DNA from: an uncultured Caldilinea sp.
GTDB lineage: Bacteria > Chloroflexota > Anaerolineae > Caldilineales > Caldilineaceae
NCBI RefSeq assembly: GCF_937128415.1
Contig: NZ_CAKZMJ010000094.1
Location: forward strand, 11,716 to 35,715
Length of the DNA: 24,000 bases
Reading direction: 5' to 3'
In this document: positions 19,033-24,000 of the stretch, one piece after another
Position numbering within the stretch: the first letter of the stretch is position 1
How the letters are laid out: each line of letters begins with the position of its first letter
Notes under the pieces: generated by a model
Told to the model about the DNA's origin: nothing
What the model saw: only the letters and a program-made list of their open reading frames with translations
Databases searched by the model: none
Translations under genes and position numbers: made by a program

Positions 19033-19452
19033 TCACGCTTTGGACATTTTCATAGCCTTGAGCCATCGCAGCAAGTCCGCGCGTCGCCGCATGTCTGTAC
19101 GCTTTATGTGATCGATCCATGTCCATGCGATGCGCGGACCGGCCAAAACAAGCATGCGGCGCCACGTCCGTTGCAGCGCGTTGTCACAAAATTCAGGAAC
19201 GCGCCCCTGCAGCCGGCGTAGGACGACGACGCATCGGTCCATGCCCTGCTGTTCGAGATCGGCGAGGTGCAACAGCAGGTCGCGCTTATGCGGCTCCGCC
19301 GCGATCGTCGCCAGGTCTCGATAGAGCTGATTGAAAAACTTTCTGTGACAATACACTTGCTCGACATAGGCGATGAGACGCATCCGAACTGCGTGCACCC
19401 GTTGTAAGCGATCGCTGCGCCCTCGCGCATCCAGATTGTAGTCGCTGCACAT
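19033..19452 (-). CDS. Uncharacterised 139-aa helical protein, possibly a degenerate ferritin-like domain
   Basis: Positioned between mgtE and mgtC on the same strand. Plausible RBS (GGAAGGTG) before ATG 19452. Helical FFNQLYRDLATIAAEPHKRDLLLHLADLEQQGMDRCVVVLRRL resembles one ferritin/rubrerythrin helix pair. Confidence 0.55.
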   Translation of the reverse strand: MCSDYNLDARGRSDRLQRVHAVRMRLIAYVEQVYCHRKFFNQLYRDLATIAAEPHKRDLLLHLADLEQQGMDRCVVVLRRLQGRVPEFCDNALQRTWRRMLVLAGPRIAWTWIDHIKRTDMRRRADLLRWLKAMKMSKA

Positions 19453-19490
19453 GCATCACCTTCCGGTTGTCGCTGCATTCCATCTCTCTT

Positions 19491-19525
19491 GGTGGAGGTC
19501 GCAAGCGTGGTTTGCGACCTCCACC
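19491..19525. other. Perfect 14-bp stem hairpin in the mgtE / 139-aa-ORF intergenic gap
   Basis: GGTGGAGGTCGCAA (19491-19504), 7-nt loop, TTGCGACCTCCACC (19512-19525). No adjacent T-run. Confidence 0.85.
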
Positions 19526-19538
19526 TGCTCTTTCACTG

Positions 19539-20930
19539 TTAAACAGCGAGCAAGAAGTTCACCAAGGAAAAGTAAAGCGCCAGACCTGTAAAATCCTTGA
19601 TGGTGGTGATAAAAGGATCGGCTCCCGGCGCATGGTCGAAGCCCAGCTTCGTCAGTGTATAGGGCAGCAAAAAGCCCAGGAAGGTGGCCAACGTCACGAC
19701 GGCGCAAATCGAAACGCCAACCGCAATGCCGATCTGTGGAAACCCATTGGGGATCCCCTGCCACTGCCAGGCGATCACTCCAGTAACGACCCCGAGAAGA
19801 AGCCCCATCACCAGGCCGATGCCCACCTCGCGGCGCACATGCCACCAGAATTTTGCCAGGTCGATATGCCCCAACGCCAGACCGCGCGCAAAGATGGTCG
19901 TGGATTGCGTGCCGACGTTGCCGCCCATATCCATGACCAACGGAATAAAGACAGCCGCAGCCAGGATCTTGGCCAGCACCTCCTCAAACTGGTCGATCAG
20001 GCCGCCGGTCACCAGGCCGCCGGCGACGGTGACCAGCAAGAATACGATGCGCACAGAGACGGCGTACAGGATCGGGCCGCGGGTAAGCTTTTCGCTATGA
20101 ATGATGTCGCGTTGACGTCGCACATCCACGATGCCTGCCATCTGGTACATCGTCTCAGAGGCCTCTTCTTCCAACACATCGATCACGTCGTCAAAGGAGA
20201 CTGCGCCGACCAGACGACCTTCTCCGTCGACGACGGGCAAAGCGACCAGGTCATACTGTTTCAGCAAACGCGCGGCGACGGTGCGTTTTTCCGACGCTCG
20301 CACGAAGACGTCTGAACCTTCGAGCAACGTCTCGATCTTTGCATCCGGCTCCGCTCGCACAAGCCTGGTGAGCGAGACAACCCCCTTGTAATAGCGTTTC
20401 TCGTCAATGACGAAGATCACGCGCAGCTCATCGTCTTCCAAATTAGAGGAACGAAGCACGGCAAGCGCCTCTCGCACCGTGTTGTGGCTGCGCACGGCGA
20501 GATAGCGCGGATTCATGATCCGGCCCACACTCTCCGGCGGATAGTTCAGCAGCACATTTACAGATTCTCGCGCTTCGGGGCTGAGCGCAGCCAGCAGACG
20601 TTTTGTGACCTTGGCGGGCAACTCATCGAACAGGTGCACGCGCAGGTCCGGATCGAGCTTCTCGAACAGTTGCACCGCCTCCGGATCGGCCATCGCCTGC
20701 ACCAGGTCGGTTTGTTGGGTGGTGTCCAACCGCTCGAACACGTCGATGGCGCGATCTTTGTCCAGCAATCGAAAGAGCAAGATACGCTGCGCCGAAGGAA
20801 GCTCCTGCATCAATTTGATCACCTCATAGACGGACCAACTCGCCTGCTGCTCCTTGATCGTGTTCAACTCCCCGTTGTTCAACAGCTTCTGCAAATTGAG
20901 CTTTTCCTTCAAAGGATGGTTCAGGTTGGC
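19539..20930 (-). CDS. mgtE: Magnesium transporter MgtE
   Basis: N-domain (ELPSAQRILLFRLLDKDRAIDVFERL...LSPEARESVNVLLNYPPESVGRIMN), CBS pair, and TM domain RIVFLLVTVAGGLVTGGLI...FIPLVMDMGGNVGTQSTTIFARGLALG. Start at 20930 (MANLNHPLKEK) preferred, with GGAAAGGAAC upstream. ORF extends to 20966. Confidence 0.95.
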   Translation of the reverse strand, partial: ANLNHPLKEKLNLQKLLNNGELNTIKEQQASWSVYEVIKLMQELPSAQRILLFRLLDKDRAIDVFERLDTTQQTDLVQAMADPEAVQLFEKLDPDLRVHLFDELPAKVTKRLLAALSPEARESVNVLLNYPPESVGRIMNPRYLAVRSHNTVREALAVLRSSNLEDDELRVIFVIDEKRYYKGVVSLTRLVRAEPDAKIETLLEGSDVFVRASEKRTVAARLLKQYDLVALPVVDGEGRLVGAVSFDDVIDVLEEEASETMYQMAGIVDVRRQRDIIHSEKLTRGPILYAVSVRIVFLLVTVAGGLVTGGLIDQFEEVLAKILAAAVFIPLVMDMGGNVGTQSTTIFARGLALGHIDLAKFWWHVRREVGIGLVMGLLLGVVTGVIAWQWQGIPNGFPQIGIAVGVSICAVVTLATFLGFLLPYTLTKLGFDHAPGADPFITTIKDFTGLALYFSLVNFLLAV

Positions 20931-21170
20931 CATGATGGTCTGTTCCTTTCCATTCTGTAAAGTCATTCCCGCTATTCACCCCGTTGATTGGCGCCTGCCG
21001 CTTTTTTCCCGAAAGGAGGCGCGTCAACGCCAGGACAAACGTCCTCCGCTCTTGCAGAGCGCATGGACGCCGGCAAGGCTCTCCCCGGCGAAGAGAGCGA
21101 CCAACGCCGGGGAAAGCGACGCACATCACTTCAAGTGCGGCGATAGTGCAGAGCGTGCGCGCTCCGCGTT

Positions 21171-21389
21171 TCACGTCACCGGCTGCAGCCGCCGGTCGCA
21201 AGTGTGCAAGAGCGTCCCACCGACTGCCTGCATGGAGTGATCTGGACGCGCTCGCAAAGAATGAGGCTGTTCAGTTGTTCGGAAATGAGGCTGAGCGATG
21301 GCGTGCGGTTGCATCGGCGCAACTGCGAGCCTCTCCCAGCGAGCTGTGAGACGTCCATGCTCGTTCAACACCCACTTCATCTTCAGCAT
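21171..21389 (-). CDS. Candidate small ORF (72 aa) in the long leader between the M-box terminator and mgtE
   Basis: MLKMKWVLNEHGRLTARWERLAVAPMQPHAIAQPH... preceded by GGGAGGTGGAAC immediately before ATG on the minus strand. Coding status unproven. Confidence 0.35.
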   Translation of the reverse strand: MLKMKWVLNEHGRLTARWERLAVAPMQPHAIAQPHFRTTEQPHSLRARPDHSMQAVGGTLLHTCDRRLQPVT

Positions 21390-21539
21390 GTTCCACCTCC
21401 CGAGATCGACACCATGAAGGTCTCTCGCATCGTCTTCTTGCATCGAGGTCTAGACTACTTTCCGTGTCCTGCATGACGTCTCACCCCCTTTCCTCGCAGC
21501 TTGCGCCCTGAGCGCCTGTTCGGCGTTGCAGAAGCAATG

Positions 21540-21572
21540 AAAAAAAGAAGACAGCCCACGAGAGGCTGTCTT
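21540..21572 (-). terminator. Intrinsic terminator of the M-box expression platform
   Basis: Minus strand AAGACAGCC-TCTCGTG-GGCTGTCTT followed by C and seven T (21546-21540). Confidence 0.9.
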
Positions 21573-21616
21573 CACACTTATCCATCAAATACAGGACAAA
21601 TCTGTCCTGCATGAGC

Positions 21617-21786
21617 GCCTCTCGTTGAGCTTTGGCACTGGTTGACGTAGATTCTCTCTTGCATCGAAAGAGGATCAGCTGCTTTATGCCAAACCTTAAG
21701 CCGATTTGGCCTGTTCTACCCATTGGCGTCTTTCGACGTTTCCGGGCAGCAGCCTGTGTTCAACCAGGAGCCTCACCTAACGGCCA
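21617..21786 (-). ncRNA. M-box (ykoK leader) Mg2+ riboswitch
   Basis: Minus-strand sequence contains GTTAGGTGAGGCTCCT, GGCTGCTGCCCGGAAACGTCGAAAGACGCCAATGGGT..AACAG, CTTAAGGTTTGG, AGCAGCTGAT and AGTGCCAAAGCTCAACGAG, in the order of the M-box consensus. It lies upstream of mgtE. Confidence 0.96.
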
Positions 21787-21802
21787 TTCAATTTTCGCAA
21801 CC

Positions 21803-21831
21803 TTTATAATCGGTCTACCGATCTTTGTCAA
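21803..21831 (-). promoter_or_regulatory. Near-consensus sigma70 promoter of the M-box/mgtE transcript
   Basis: Minus strand TTGACA (21831-21826), 17-bp spacer, TATAAA (21808-21803). The M-box starts about 16-20 nt downstream of the -10. Confidence 0.85.
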
Positions 21832-21981
21832 AATGGAGGAACAATTAATTCACATGGCCGCCGATTCTCTTGCTCCTCACACTTTGCGCCTTTCTCTTGG
21901 AGGCTATTATGCACTTTAAAGCAGTGAACATGATACGCTCATCATGACTCAAAGTTCATCACACGCTCTAGGCGCGCTCGA

Positions 21982-23001
<1,020 letters not shown>

Positions 23002-23066
23002 AAGTTCTCCTCAATTCACGATAAGGCGTTCCATAAAAAGAACTTTGTTCAAGAATCTATCCACCA

Positions 23067-24000
<934 letters not shown>

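Noticed and set aside
19467-20315. 282-aa plus-strand ORF overlapping mgtE
   Set aside because: Antisense shadow of mgtE. Its 5' end overlaps the 14-bp hairpin and the peptide is low complexity (H/D/Q-rich).
21632-21919. 95-aa plus-strand ORF
   Set aside because: Runs antisense through the M-box riboswitch and its promoter, whose conserved sequence explains this region better.

Overview
GC-rich bacterial chromosomal window, probably Chloroflexota-like by gene content and style (inference). It is densely packed with protein-coding genes.

Plus strand, about 1-8.8 kb: C-terminal end of a glycosyltransferase-type protein; YfhO-like membrane protein; GT39/ArnT-like glycosyltransferase; secreted C39-like peptidase with TPR-like region; CrtL-type lycopene cyclase; TIGR01777/YfcH-like epimerase.

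8.8-9.0 kb: GC-rich palindromic/tandem intergenic repeat. Then a minus-strand APH(6)/streptomycin-kinase-like gene.

Plus strand, 10.1-18.0 kb: FabF-like ketosynthase; divergent GalU-like nucleotidyltransferase; secreted protein with about six CarboxypepD_reg-like modules ending in YLPLLMR; FtsY; MFS transporter; and prfB with an intact CTT-TGA-C programmed +1 frameshift site.

Minus strand, 18-21.85 kb: the strongest regulatory find. A magnesium-homeostasis unit is headed by a near-consensus sigma70 promoter (TTGACA-17-TATAAA) with a dyad in its spacer. This is followed by an M-box (ykoK) Mg2+ riboswitch, an antiterminator/terminator expression platform, a small unexplained ORF, mgtE, a 139-aa unknown possibly ferritin-like protein behind a perfect 14-bp hairpin, and mgtC.

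Minus strand, last part: aldo/keto reductase and LysM-L,D-transpeptidase.

No CRISPR array, tRNA/rRNA, transposase or phage module was recognised. No wholly new multi-gene defence or biosynthetic system is evident. The most novel candidates are the structured elements and small genes in the Mg2+ unit, and the nested inverted-repeat element upstream of prfB.
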